In this document: positions 7,420 through 17,622 of the stretch, one piece after another
How the letters are laid out: each line of letters opens with the position of its first letter
How positions within the stretch are numbered: the first letter of the stretch is position 1
IMG/VR virus record: IMGVR_UViG_3300025030_000080
Location: 1-64,000 of that record
DNA from: a virus
DNA length: 64,000 nt
Reading direction: 5' to 3' (one strand)
Program-made: the position numbers and the translations under genes
Notes under the pieces: model-generated
The model's database searches: none
What the model saw: the letters and a program-made list of their open reading frames with translations, nothing else
Told to the model about the DNA's origin: nothing

Positions 7420-10400
7420 TTACTCCTCTGAATAATCTTTTTTCGTATGCCATGGACCGTCTATCTCCGTTACACTTATCTCTGATATTAATGGAATACA
7501 TATCCATGGATTATTTTTCAATATGTCCTCAGTCATAACTCTTTTGGTAGTATTTGCTATATATTTTAATTCATCTGGATGAATATCTCCTAAAATTTCG
7601 TCGTGAATTTCTCCTATCCATTTAGATTTCCATTCTTCTTTTATACGAAGATCATTGAGTCTATTACAAGATTCCAATAGGCAGTGAAACGCTGTTCCCT
7701 GAATAACAGTATTTATGATCTCATTCTTCTTCAAGAATCCCCTTCTGCGGAATCCATGCATCATTTCTACATAACCATTTCTTTTGTATGAATTAATTAA
7801 TTCTTCTTGAAATTTCTTTACCCCTTTATACTTTTTCCAAAATTCTTGTTCTGCCTTTTGAACCCTCATCATAGGTAGATCATGGTATCCCCTACTAACT
7901 AAGTCAGCATGTATATTCTTGAAATATGATCCGTAAAATTCTGCAAATACAAAAGCATTTTTGGCATCAAATCTATGTGTTTTAGCGTCAAATCCAGATA
8001 GTTGTAAAAAATCTGACCACTCTTGGTGTATATCTGCTCCTTGTTCTCTCTCTTTCATTAAAACTTTATCTTTTGAATAGCATGCTATAATTCCTACTTC
8101 ATGACCTCCGTAATCCGCAGCCAATATGATATTTCCAGGAGAAGGAATCATTCCCCCTCTTACCATAATCATAGCTTCTTTATCTCTTTTGGGAATGTTC
8201 TGAAGATTAGGCGAATCAGAGTTATGAACGCATATTTCGTTAGCTATAAAATTTGAAAATTCCTCTACTTGGATATCATAAACTTCCGAAAATAAATTAA
8301 TATCTTCTATTTTGATTATAATATGATTTTTGGTAGTAAAAGAGCCAAATTGATTCCCCCATTTTCTTTGATAATATACCCCGTAAATTTTTGATAATCT
8401 TTGAGTTTTATAATAATTAAATCCTAATAATTCTATAGCTGCACTAGGTCCTTGTTTTAATATATTTATCAATTTATTTTTACTTATAAATTTCCCATTT
8501 CTATCCCACCTAGATTTTACCACAAATAAATCAATTTTTTCTAATTTAGAATGGTATTTAAAAGTACTAAAATCAAATTCTTTTCTACCCGTTACTACTC
8601 CTTTTCCTATGACCAGTAGTTTTAGTAATTGGTACCTACTTATTTTTTTATAATTATGATTTTCCTTTCCAATTTTATATGTTATTTTACCTTCTTTATG
8701 TAATTTTTTCATGGTAATAGTTCCACGCAAACGAAGGGTTTCCTTTGGTACTTTATTCATATGTAGTGCACAATGGGAATTTTTAGTGCGCTTTTCCAAG
8801 TTATTCGGAATATTGTTAAAATGATTTTCATCTTTATGATGAACAATATCTCCTAATTCTAACTTTTCTATTAATTGATCATATACTAGTACTTGATCTG
8901 CAATAGGAATATTTCCTGTAAAATAAACTCTATCGTCCCCTGTAGTTCTACCCATAGACAACACGCTAAATTTGGGAGATTTTTTAGATTGATTCGCTCC
9001 TCGTAAATCAAATTTTAATAAATTTTGGGCTTCTACATATTTTCCACTAACAGTTCTTACCAAATGCTCAGGGGTTAGATCTAAATACCCCCTTTTTTTC
9101 CATTTTTGACCCGATTGCCAATGAATTCTTATTACTTTTTTGACTCCAGTTTTCCCCGCCCAAAGAACTTTTCTTATGGCTGGTTTTAAATTATTATCAT
9201 AACAATAGACAAAATCTCCTTCTTTGATATCTTCTATAGGAATTCCTTTAGAAAATTTTGATACATCCCGAACTACTTCAATTATTGTTCCTTTAGCTAT
9301 GCAACTACTGCGGTAGGTCCTCACTAAATGTAAATTAAAATTAGAATGTAATTTTTTATCAACTTGTAATTCTAATATTCCGTCAATATATGTAGTTTTT
9401 AATTTATCTAATTGTCTCTTTTTAACCAAGTTTTTAGCAAAGGGAAGATCCAAACTTTCCAAAACATCCTTATCCACAGACTCATTATCTTTTTCAGTTC
9501 TTTTGACCGATTTAATTCCAAGGTAATCAAAAAATAATTTTTTCAAATCGTCTGGGGAACCTAAATTTATATCTCTCCCCATTTTTGATTTAAAGAGATT
9601 AGCCTCAGATGTACGAAGAAGTTGTTTTTCAAGAAAGGATAATCTCTTTTCCAATTTAACTTGAGTATCTTGGTAGTATTCCGTATTAACCGTAATTCCT
9701 GTCATTTCCATATCAGAGAAAGTTAAAATTCCTTTATGAAATAAATCGTAGGCTCTTGAAGCTGCTTCTGATTCTTTATTACCTTTATCTAAGAAATCCC
9801 ATTGCTTCTCAGCCAATCTCATAGTGAAATAGGCGTCCAGTCCGTTATATTTCAATAGTTCATTTAACGGACATTTTTGCATAGAATTAAATTTAGTTCC
9901 GGGGGCAGCTTTTTTATATTTTGATACTTCTCCTCCGTATTCATATCCCCAATTTATAAATGTTTGAAAGTCTAGCCCGGTAAATTGAGGACGTTCGTCA
10001 ACGATGTGGGAGAATACCATCGTATCCCAATACCATCCTTTTGGTTCTTCTCCGATTATTATTTTACTCCAAGGGTGCTCCATCTGAATATTTTGAGCTA
10101 CTTTTAAAATATCGGGGTCCGAAAGTACCCTGCGCCACGCCGTATTTACCCTATCTAACTGTCCTGATTCCCACGCTCCGGGGTAGTTACCGGGGAAGGA
10201 ATAGGCTAGATCCTCCCCGTAAATAGCGACAGCCGTAGACACAATAGAGTGTCCGGGGAAGTAGGGACGAATTCCCGTAGTTTCATAGTCAAAGGCTATC
10301 GTAGGTTTTTGATCTTTAATAGTTTTTAATAAATTTAAAACTTCATCTACGTTGGTCAAGCATTTTATTTTTTGGGAATAATCTATTTCTTCTATATCAG

Positions 10401-11031
10401 GAAGATTCGAGTTTATTTGTTCCATTGCCCATTTGAGATCTAGTTTAAAAATAGATTCTGCATCTGGATTTCTAATAACAAATGAAGGATGGTAAAGGGG
10501 AATAATCCAAGCCTTTATTTGAACGTCGGGAATACAAAGTTTTCTCCAACGTCCGATAGATAAATTGGTAGAAATTGGTTGAGTTCTATTCATGAAAAAC
10601 GCTTCTACTGCTTTTGCCCCAAAAAGTATGATGTATTTTGGTTGGTATTTCTGAATAGCGGAACGCCACATAAATTCACACGCTTTTAATTCCCTAGTGG
10701 TTGGAGTTCGATTGGTTCCCTTATCCGTAGCAGTACGACAAGCAACAGCATTAGTTTTCCAGAAATCTCTATCTAAATCGTACCCCATAGTCCGAAAACA
10801 TTTACGAAGAAAATGGCCAGTATCACCCACGAAAGCGTTATTTAACTTATCCTCTGTTTCACCAGGAGCCTCCCCTATTATTAAAGTTCTGAGTAACCCT
10901 TCCCCCGTGGGGGGAATCTTAGGGGATAAAACTTTTTTATGCAATCCGCACGCATCGCAGCCTATGGCACCTCGGATTGTTTTTGGTTGAACACTTTTAG
11001 ATTGTGTAGGTAGGTCGAAGAATCCGTTCAT
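7420..11031 (-). CDS. polA: family A DNA polymerase with N-terminal family-4 uracil-DNA glycosylase, 3'-5' exonuclease and intein
   Basis: UDG motifs CDAC, GEAPG, FVG, YHPS; exonuclease motifs FDYETTG, YNGLD; polymerase motifs PNLQNIP, AADY, FYGS, IQGTA, EIHDEI. Confidence 0.93.
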   Translation of the reverse strand: MNGFFDLPTQSKSVQPKTIRGAIGCDACGLHKKVLSPKIPPTGEGLLRTLIIGEAPGETEDKLNNAFVGDTGHFLRKCFRTMGYDLDRDFWKTNAVACRTATDKGTNRTPTTRELKACEFMWRSAIQKYQPKYIILFGAKAVEAFFMNRTQPISTNLSIGRWRKLCIPDVQIKAWIIPLYHPSFVIRNPDAESIFKLDLKWAMEQINSNLPDIEEIDYSQKIKCLTNVDEVLNLLKTIKDQKPTIAFDYETTGIRPYFPGHSIVSTAVAIYGEDLAYSFPGNYPGAWESGQLDRVNTAWRRVLSDPDILKVAQNIQMEHPWSKIIIGEEPKGWYWDTMVFSHIVDERPQFTGLDFQTFINWGYEYGGEVSKYKKAAPGTKFNSMQKCPLNELLKYNGLDAYFTMRLAEKQWDFLDKGNKESEAASRAYDLFHKGILTFSDMEMTGITVNTEYYQDTQVKLEKRLSFLEKQLLRTSEANLFKSKMGRDINLGSPDDLKKLFFDYLGIKSVKRTEKDNESVDKDVLESLDLPFAKNLVKKRQLDKLKTTYIDGILELQVDKKLHSNFNLHLVRTYRSSCIAKGTIIEVVRDVSKFSKGIPIEDIKEGDFVYCYDNNLKPAIRKVLWAGKTGVKKVIRIHWQSGQKWKKRGYLDLTPEHLVRTVSGKYVEAQNLLKFDLRGANQSKKSPKFSVLSMGRTTGDDRVYFTGNIPIADQVLVYDQLIEKLELGDIVHHKDENHFNNIPNNLEKRTKNSHCALHMNKVPKETLRLRGTITMKKLHKEGKITYKIGKENHNYKKISRYQLLKLLVIGKGVVTGRKEFDFSTFKYHSKLEKIDLFVVKSRWDRNGKFISKNKLINILKQGPSAAIELLGFNYYKTQRLSKIYGVYYQRKWGNQFGSFTTKNHIIIKIEDINLFSEVYDIQVEEFSNFIANEICVHNSDSPNLQNIPKRDKEAMIMVRGGMIPSPGNIILAADYGGHEVGIIACYSKDKVLMKEREQGADIHQEWSDFLQLSGFDAKTHRFDAKNAFVFAEFYGSYFKNIHADLVSRGYHDLPMMRVQKAEQEFWKKYKGVKKFQEELINSYKRNGYVEMMHGFRRRGFLKKNEIINTVIQGTAFHCLLESCNRLNDLRIKEEWKSKWIGEIHDEILGDIHPDELKYIANTTKRVMTEDILKNNPWICIPLISEISVTEIDGPWHTKKDYSEE
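8221..9303 (-). mobile_element. intein (361 aa) with in-frame HNH endonuclease in PolA
   Basis: CIAKGT...LTPEHLV...VHHKDENHFNNIPNNL...VYDIQVEEFSNFIANEICVHN|S; removal restores RSSSDSPNLQNIP. Confidence 0.92.
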
Positions 11032-11652
11032 TTATTTCCTCTTAGCTAAAAATGCTATTTGTCTGACAATATTTATTGGGGGCCACTCTAAAATCACCCC
11101 TGCTTTTTCCATAGTTTTGGTTACATCTATTCCCATGGCTTCTGGTATATAAATGGCTTCATATCCTTCATCTTTACGAGGAGGGAAACTTGAATATTCA
11201 TCAGTATAATTTAGAAAATAGTTAACTTTCATTTTTAATTGTTTTCTAGCGGAATTTTGCCAATAAAGAAGGTTTCTACATTGTCTGTCTGTCCAAGTAG
11301 GATGAAGATATTTCATTTTCTCCGTATGGGATTTAAGATTGAATTCATTTATTACCGCATATATTCTATTTTGTAAATTAAATATTTTATTAAATAATGG
11401 GGCAATTGGGGGACAATCTATTCTATTAGAATCAAAATTAGGGCATCCTTTTGGATGATCGGGATAGGGTAGTTTACAAAATACTCTAGTTTTTAAATCT
11501 ACAATTGGGATAATTACTATTAATTGAAATTTCCAATTATCATTAGCATTAGGATTTATATTGAAAAATCCTTGCATCCTATCTCCATTTTCTATTAGGT
11601 ATTGTATACACTGTTTTCTTTTTCCAATCAAATCCGTATACGGAATCGTCAT
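11032..11652 (-). CDS. DUF2284-like predicted metal-binding protein
   Basis: CKLPY...GCPNF...CPP and PEAMGIDVTKT motifs; start uncertain. Confidence 0.55.
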   Translation of the reverse strand: MTIPYTDLIGKRKQCIQYLIENGDRMQGFFNINPNANDNWKFQLIVIIPIVDLKTRVFCKLPYPDHPKGCPNFDSNRIDCPPIAPLFNKIFNLQNRIYAVINEFNLKSHTEKMKYLHPTWTDRQCRNLLYWQNSARKQLKMKVNYFLNYTDEYSSFPPRKDEGYEAIYIPEAMGIDVTKTMEKAGVILEWPPINIVRQIAFLAKRK

Positions 11653-12795
11653 GACTAAGTGAATCAGGTTTTTGTTTTATAATTAATTTAGGGAGTTCTT
11701 TACTATAAGTTGGTTCTCCTGTTTTAGCATCAAATTTTAATATCGTCCTTTGTAAATATACTTTCCATTCTAAAGGGGTTCCATAATCAGGATGATAATT
11801 TGGTAATTGTTCTTTTATTCTTTTAATAAAACTTTTGTATCTTATATATTTTTTAATATTTGATAGTAAAGACATTATATTCTCTCCAAATCTACATTAA
11901 CTTGTCCTATTGTAAATTTATTTTTGATATCCCCAAAAGTAGTGGTTTCTATCATATTTATAGTTATACTTTCAATTCTAACTCCTGTTACTAATGAAAA
12001 TTCATCTATATGATGCATAACTGCTTGTTGAATATTTTCTTCCATACGGGATTTTCTTCTTCTAATTTCTTCTAAATCCATTATTAATCCTCCTTCCAAG
12101 CTATAGGATCGTGCCCTTTTTCTTTGTATATTTCATTTGCCAAATATTCGAATTGAGGAAATTTTTTTATGAAAGGTTTTACCATTTCAGAAGTGCAATG
12201 GCCACAATCTCCCCCATGGGCTAACCAGAATAAATTTATTATGAATTTAGCGGTTTCTTCATCCATTTTTATTTCCCTTGATAAGGATCTTCAGAATGAA
12301 CTCCATGGCAAGTGGTCATGATAGTAAGAGGTTTTTTCCTTTTCCCTTCCAAAAATTCTGTATCTTTGAAATCCAAAATTGGAATTTTCCCAGCGTAGAA
12401 ACTTTTACATCTTGGGCATAATTCCCCTTCCCCTCGTTCAAGGGAGGGGGGATTTGCAATTGTTCCGTCTCCCATTTTTCCAGCCATAATTCTTCCTCCG
12501 TTTTCATGATATATGGAATTTCTGTAATTACCCCTTTATCTGCCCAATACCATTGTTCATCGAATTCTACCCAATTTGGATGTTTCCAACTACCTATTAT
12601 ATTCATCATATAAACACATGTAGGAGAGTTACATCCACATGTAGTATTCGGAACGTAAATGCTAACCATGGCATGTTTTTCTATCCGACCGCATCCAGGA
12701 CATTGATATAAAATGTACCCTGCTTGAATATCTGTCATATATACTCCCCATCCGTTGGGACCGGGGACTATTTCAATTATTCCAGGAAATCTCAT
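11579..12795 (-). other. cluster of small hypothetical genes (11579-11875, 11875-12099, 12084-12266, 12269-12487, 12316-12795)
   Basis: Abutting minus-strand ORFs, some with CxxC pairs; no family recognised. Confidence 0.5.
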
Positions 12796-12797
12796 AT

Positions 12798-13868
12798 TTA
12801 CTCTTGCTTGCTCATAGAAGCAACCATGATATGTTGAAACTTTTCAGAAGAAAATAAAAGGGACTTCTTAGTAGGAGATAAACGGAATTGACGAGTAATT
12901 CCAAGAATCTTTTTGAAAAAATCAGGTTGTACCTTAATTTGCATTCCTTCTTCGAAGAAATCCTTTTTCCATTCCACTCCATCAATAATCTCTCCAGCTT
13001 CCTTTCCTGCCCTAATTTCTAAATTCCCCTTTGAATAGGAAAGAAATACTCTGGACAAGGATTCCCAATTATCTCCTTCTCCACTAGCTAAAATTTTAGC
13101 TCTTTCCAACGGAGCTTCCATTCCTTTTGGAAACTCTAAAGGATCGGCTTTCATATCAAATTTCATAGATTCAAATAACCCCGTAATCTTCTTGAAGGGG
13201 TAATCCCCTGCTAAAATGCGAGAACTATATATAGGACCACCTTCATTTGAGAAATGAACCCAAGCTTTTGATAAAGCCATAATTTCAAATACTGGTTCTA
13301 ATTTTAAAAGTCCCTCCACTGTCTTGATAGGAAGAGTAAATGCGCTATTCACCGCTTCTAACATAGTATATACAGATACACGGTAGTTATCAGTAGAAAC
13401 AGCTTTATTTTCAAAGAAATGAACTCCTGCGAGAGGCCCTAAAGCTGGTCCTGTTCCAGCCCCGAAGGAGCACAATTCTAATCCCACTTGGAAATCTTTG
13501 GGGAGGTAAAACCATTCTAATCCGTCCGTTTGAACAGCCCAAGCCCTCTCAAGAGAACTAGTTATTTGTTCCTTTTGAAGAGGGTTCATTTTGAGAGTAG
13601 TTCTTCCCCCCTTAATTTGAAACTTTCCCTCTTCTGTCAATTTCATATCTATTTCTTCAGCGTCCATTTTGGATAAAACTTTGTATAATTCCTCTGCTCG
13701 TACTGCTGTTCGAATTTTTGTTTCTAATGGAAATGATACGCTGATATCTTCCTTGTACGAACGAACCCAATCTTCATCGAATAGGATAAAATCCGATCCA
13801 ATTGCACTAGACTTGTCAATTCCCATCATTACGGATTTAATGGCTAGTAATAATTCAGACTTTTTCAT
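12798..13868 (-). CDS. dnaN: beta-type sliding clamp (DnaN-like)
   Basis: 356 aa; GVHF...VSTDNYRVS and SRILAGDYP match DnaN motifs; close to PolA and DnaX. Confidence 0.75.
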   Translation of the reverse strand: MKKSELLLAIKSVMMGIDKSSAIGSDFILFDEDWVRSYKEDISVSFPLETKIRTAVRAEELYKVLSKMDAEEIDMKLTEEGKFQIKGGRTTLKMNPLQKEQITSSLERAWAVQTDGLEWFYLPKDFQVGLELCSFGAGTGPALGPLAGVHFFENKAVSTDNYRVSVYTMLEAVNSAFTLPIKTVEGLLKLEPVFEIMALSKAWVHFSNEGGPIYSSRILAGDYPFKKITGLFESMKFDMKADPLEFPKGMEAPLERAKILASGEGDNWESLSRVFLSYSKGNLEIRAGKEAGEIIDGVEWKKDFFEEGMQIKVQPDFFKKILGITRQFRLSPTKKSLLFSSEKFQHIMVASMSKQE

Positions 13869-14086
13869 TTTTTTGCCTCCATTGATTTAGATTCTTCATT
13901 TATAAGACGATTTAAATACCATTGGGCTTTCTTTAAATCCTCTAATTTTTTCCCTTTATGAGGAGCACGACATAAATATTTTACGACATTGCCTCCAAGA
14001 AAATCTAATTTTTGATCTAATATAAAATCAATAACTTCAATTTTCCCAGTAGTATAATGAGATGGATGATTAATTTGATCTTTCAT
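13865..14086 (-). CDS. DUF3310 family protein
   Basis: INHPSHYTTGKIEVIDFI...GNVVKYLCRA..K...EDLKKAQWYL. Confidence 0.9.
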   Translation of the reverse strand: MKDQINHPSHYTTGKIEVIDFILDQKLDFLGGNVVKYLCRAPHKGKKLEDLKKAQWYLNRLINEESKSMEAKK

Positions 14087-14838
14087 TCTCCTTCTCCTCC
14101 TACAAAAATATCGTCAAAAACAATAAGAAACGTTTTCTTAAATCTTTCTAGCATAGGAATAGTAATCTCTCTCATTTGAGGATGAGCTTTCGAAGAAGTT
14201 CTCAAACGAAAGAAATGCCGCCATTCACGAATATTAAAGGTGATTACAATTTCCGTTTTCAAACTATTAGGAAGCACCGATCGAGCTTCTTGGGGATTAG
14301 CATTATGTTGAAGCAACTCCATATAAGAATTTTCAGCAGTTTGGCACGCTGTATACCAATGATAAAAACGAGTTCCTGAATTTAATGGTAAATTTTCTGC
14401 ATGCATTTTTCCAATGGCAGCGTCCTTGGTATATCCTTTTAAAATAAGATCATTAAATGTTTCATAAGCTATTTGATACCAAATAGGCAGAATAACCGTT
14501 ATTTCTTTACTATTTCCATAGTTACAATATCGGGTAGATTCTTGACTATAGCTTGCTATTCTATGACGAACTATTTCATGAGATACACCACGATCACAAA
14601 TTACTCTAACTGTTATTTTTTCATGCTCAAGAACCGATTCGTGCCCGTTTTTTATAATCATTTGAACAAATTTAGCCGCAGAATCAATCGTTATTTTATC
14701 TTCTGATTTATAGCAAGTTCGTCCATACTTTTCTAATTTTGCGAGTAAATCATCTCCGTGATAATGATATTTTGTTTCATACCTTGGGCACTCTATTTCT
14801 TCATCTTCAAATTTCCACCAAGGAGAGATAATTTTCAT
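14083..14838 (-). CDS. thyX: FAD-dependent thymidylate synthase
   Basis: GHESVLEH, SHEIVRHRIASYSQESTRY, ARSVLPN, AHPQMR. Confidence 0.95.
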   Translation of the reverse strand: MKIISPWWKFEDEEIECPRYETKYHYHGDDLLAKLEKYGRTCYKSEDKITIDSAAKFVQMIIKNGHESVLEHEKITVRVICDRGVSHEIVRHRIASYSQESTRYCNYGNSKEITVILPIWYQIAYETFNDLILKGYTKDAAIGKMHAENLPLNSGTRFYHWYTACQTAENSYMELLQHNANPQEARSVLPNSLKTEIVITFNIREWRHFFRLRTSSKAHPQMREITIPMLERFKKTFLIVFDDIFVGGEGE

Positions 14839-14839
14839 T

Positions 14840-15652
14840 TCAATCTCCTATTTTAACATAAGAATAAATTTCTCTTTTTTCCACAGGACAAAGTTTATCT
14901 TTAAATATTCTCAAGCTTTCTATCCCCATAATTCCTCCATCATTAACTAATTTATTTTGATTCAAAATAACGGGGTCTGTATAAAATAAATATCTTTGGT
15001 ATTCATTCAAAAATTTAATATTTCTAGAAAATGAAAATCGGAAGTTAATATAAAAATAATTGGAATCCCAAATATTGATTCCAAGAATATATCCATTTTT
15101 ATCTACCAAAATTTTCCTATTATTTCCATTAAAAATATAATTAGTCATAACTTCATCATCATGAATTTCTTGATTTCCTTCTTTATTTTTTAACCATTCT
15201 ATGAATAAATCTTTTAGTTGATTTTCATGATTATCATTCGCTTCAATATACTGCAAAGGGGAATTCCCATACCGTCCAGGAAATTTACGGATATTCTTTC
15301 GGAAAACTTGAAATTTGTTTCCAGTTAGATCTAGGAAATGACGAGGGTTATAAATATGTTCTAATTCCAAAAATTCTTTTTTATAATTAGAAGGCATAGA
15401 CCAATTGGGAAAACTAGCCCATATATGAGTAGCCCAATTTTGGTAATCTCCGCTTATGCTATTTCCATTGGGGAGTAATTCCCCCGTATTCATATTTATT
15501 GGGGGGAATAAAATCCATTCGTTGTGTTTCCAATAAATAAAATCACCCGTAATTTCCTCTTTAATTTTAGCTCTTTGAAAATATTCTTCAGAGCAGGGAA
15601 AAGTAGGAATTATCTTATATTTTTTTAACAATTCCAAATATTGGTTTTTCAA
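14840..15652 (-). CDS. DUF2156 / MprF C-terminal-like GNAT-fold protein (aminoacyl transferase-like)
   Basis: HIYNPRHFLDLTGNKFQVFRKNIRKF and VNDGGIMGIESLRIFKDKLCP resemble the DUF2156 motifs YxY..L..LxGxK...KRN..N.F and IN...D.G..GLR..K..Y.P. Confidence 0.6.
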   Translation of the reverse strand: MKNQYLELLKKYKIIPTFPCSEEYFQRAKIKEEITGDFIYWKHNEWILFPPINMNTGELLPNGNSISGDYQNWATHIWASFPNWSMPSNYKKEFLELEHIYNPRHFLDLTGNKFQVFRKNIRKFPGRYGNSPLQYIEANDNHENQLKDLFIEWLKNKEGNQEIHDDEVMTNYIFNGNNRKILVDKNGYILGINIWDSNYFYINFRFSFSRNIKFLNEYQRYLFYTDPVILNQNKLVNDGGIMGIESLRIFKDKLCPVEKREIYSYVKIGD

Positions 15653-16330
15653 ATTCCCTCCATTTTTTCTGATCGAAGGATTTCTATATCAGTTCCTTCT
15701 TCAAGAATAAATACTTTTATTTTTCCTTTCATTTCAGCAGGTAAATTATCTTCCACCATCTTTTTGATTCTTTCTGATCGTTCCATGCTAATTTTTTGTT
15801 CAATTTTGATAACTATTAAATCATTTTCACGAACTTCTAATGTTTGGACACTTTTAACAAAATCAATTTCGTTCATTTTTTCCTCCATCATCTTTGTTGG
15901 TGAATTAGACCACCCACACCCAAACCAATGTTTACAGGGTCCATTTGTTTTACAGTAGGGGCAAGGACCATCTATATTATTCCAGGGTCGATTTATTTTT
16001 TTAATTATAGAATTCAGTTCCTCCGATTCGCAGATCCCGCATAGGGCAAATGGAGGTATTTCATGAATGCAATTAGAGAGTCTCATTTTTTTCCATAATT
16101 TTGATCGCGGCACGTAAGGAGCAATTGGTACATTCCAATGAGTCAAATGGTTCTTCTATATGTGAGTAAGAAATGATCTTCCATCCGTGCCCAACAAATG
16201 TGCATTTTATTCTTAAATAGAGCAACTTATACCACCACCATTGACGTTTCCACCAAATGCCCCCCACGTTGGATGGTACGGGATATACGAAACACCAAAG
16301 CCCCCTATCTTTACAAATAGTCCAACTCAT
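15649..16330 (-). other. hypothetical genes (15649-16146, 16073-16330)
   Basis: Overlapping minus-strand ORFs with Cys pairs. Confidence 0.45.
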
Positions 16331-16331
16331 C

Positions 16332-16733
16332 CTACTTTCCTTCTACCGCTTTCAACGCGGCTCTACAGATGGCGAGAGGAGCAGTATCGGCGTATCCCCA
16401 AAATTGCTCTCCGTGTCCCTTGTTATGGTCATCCAAACAACATTCCCATTCGCAATTTTCCCACATAATTGCTGGATGAAGATCTATGAGATGGTCCATG
16501 ATATCCCATGCGGCGGCTAGATTGGTGGAGTATGACTTTATAAGCCCATCGCCCGATTGGGCGTTGTGCATACCAGCGCACTTGCAAAACCATACGGTCC
16601 CAGAAAATCCATCAATGTCACCACCGGAAAGTTTCCATGAATAGTCTTTCCTCACCAATGCAGAACACCCCATGACCTTCTCAGCCACCAGCGCGTCCAT
16701 CTCCCGGCCAGCTTTCATCGTATCAATATTCAT
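16332..16733 (-). CDS. phage ABA-sandwich-like domain protein
   Basis: AGREMDALVAEKVMG...YSTNLAAAW...APLAICRAAL; paralog at 45376. Confidence 0.7.
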   Translation of the reverse strand: MNIDTMKAGREMDALVAEKVMGCSALVRKDYSWKLSGGDIDGFSGTVWFCKCAGMHNAQSGDGLIKSYSTNLAAAWDIMDHLIDLHPAIMWENCEWECCLDDHNKGHGEQFWGYADTAPLAICRAALKAVEGK

Positions 16734-16745
16734 TATTTTCCTTCT

Positions 16746-17225
16746 TTATAAAAGTGAATTTACTTTAGCATCTATAAATTTAATAGCTTGTTCTACAGTA
16801 AAAATTTCTTCGGCCTCATTAATAAAAATATCTATTTGAAATTCTACTTCTGCTTTTGTTATTAAACCAATAATATCTAAAGAATCTAATTTTAAATCTT
16901 CGATAAAATGATCTTTTCTATCTATTTTATCTAATGGCATACCAGATTGATCGGATATAATTTTAAAAAGACGATCTTCAACAGAAATAGGTTCTATTTT
17001 CTTTCTTTTTTTCAAAATAGGATGGAGGTTTTCCTTAACTTTTTTATTTATGGGTAATAGTCCATCTCCTTTACATTTACTACAAACTTTTGAATTTCCC
17101 CCATATATAAGGGACATCCAAGTTTTTTCTTTATTAGGCATTTTTCCAGAACCCTTACAAACTTTACAAAAGTCATATTCCGCTACTGGCATATAAATTT
17201 GGAAATGTTCCATAGTCATAGTCAT
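16746..17225 (-). CDS. acyl carrier protein fused to an N-terminal CxxCxGxG zinc finger
   Basis: CKVCKGSG and CSKCKGDG, then FIEDLKLDSLDIIGLITKAEVEFQIDI..EAEEIFTV (ACP with DSL serine). Confidence 0.8.
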   Translation of the reverse strand: MTMTMEHFQIYMPVAEYDFCKVCKGSGKMPNKEKTWMSLIYGGNSKVCSKCKGDGLLPINKKVKENLHPILKKRKKIEPISVEDRLFKIISDQSGMPLDKIDRKDHFIEDLKLDSLDIIGLITKAEVEFQIDIFINEAEEIFTVEQAIKFIDAKVNSLL

Positions 17226-17233
17226 TTATATTG

Positions 17234-17622
17234 TTATTTCCCTCTTCTTTCTACTGCATCTCGAATATTGCCTACTGCTTGTTTTTGCCCTTCTGTCGCA
17301 TGTTTTCTTTCTTCAACAGTTTCTGCTATGCCCAATAGAGTATCCTCTGCCCATTCGAAATCATCATCAGATATGCAATCATTTATTTCTTTTAACAAAT
17401 CCTCCCATTCACATTCTTTACACATTACTTGTCTCCCTCGGCCTCTCTCTTTTTCCTTTCTTCATCTCCAGGGAAATCCTTCGTCCAATCTAACCCCCCT
17501 TTATTCATAAGTCCTGAGGAAGAGCCAGATTTAGAGGATTTTCCTCCTTTTGATGATTGGCTCTGTAACCGTTCGACTAATTTGCGACTTATAGAACCAG
17601 TTTTTCTACTCTTGCCCCCCAT
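17234..17622 (-). other. two small hypothetical genes (17234-17425, 17425-17622)
   Basis: Translationally coupled small ORFs. Confidence 0.5.
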
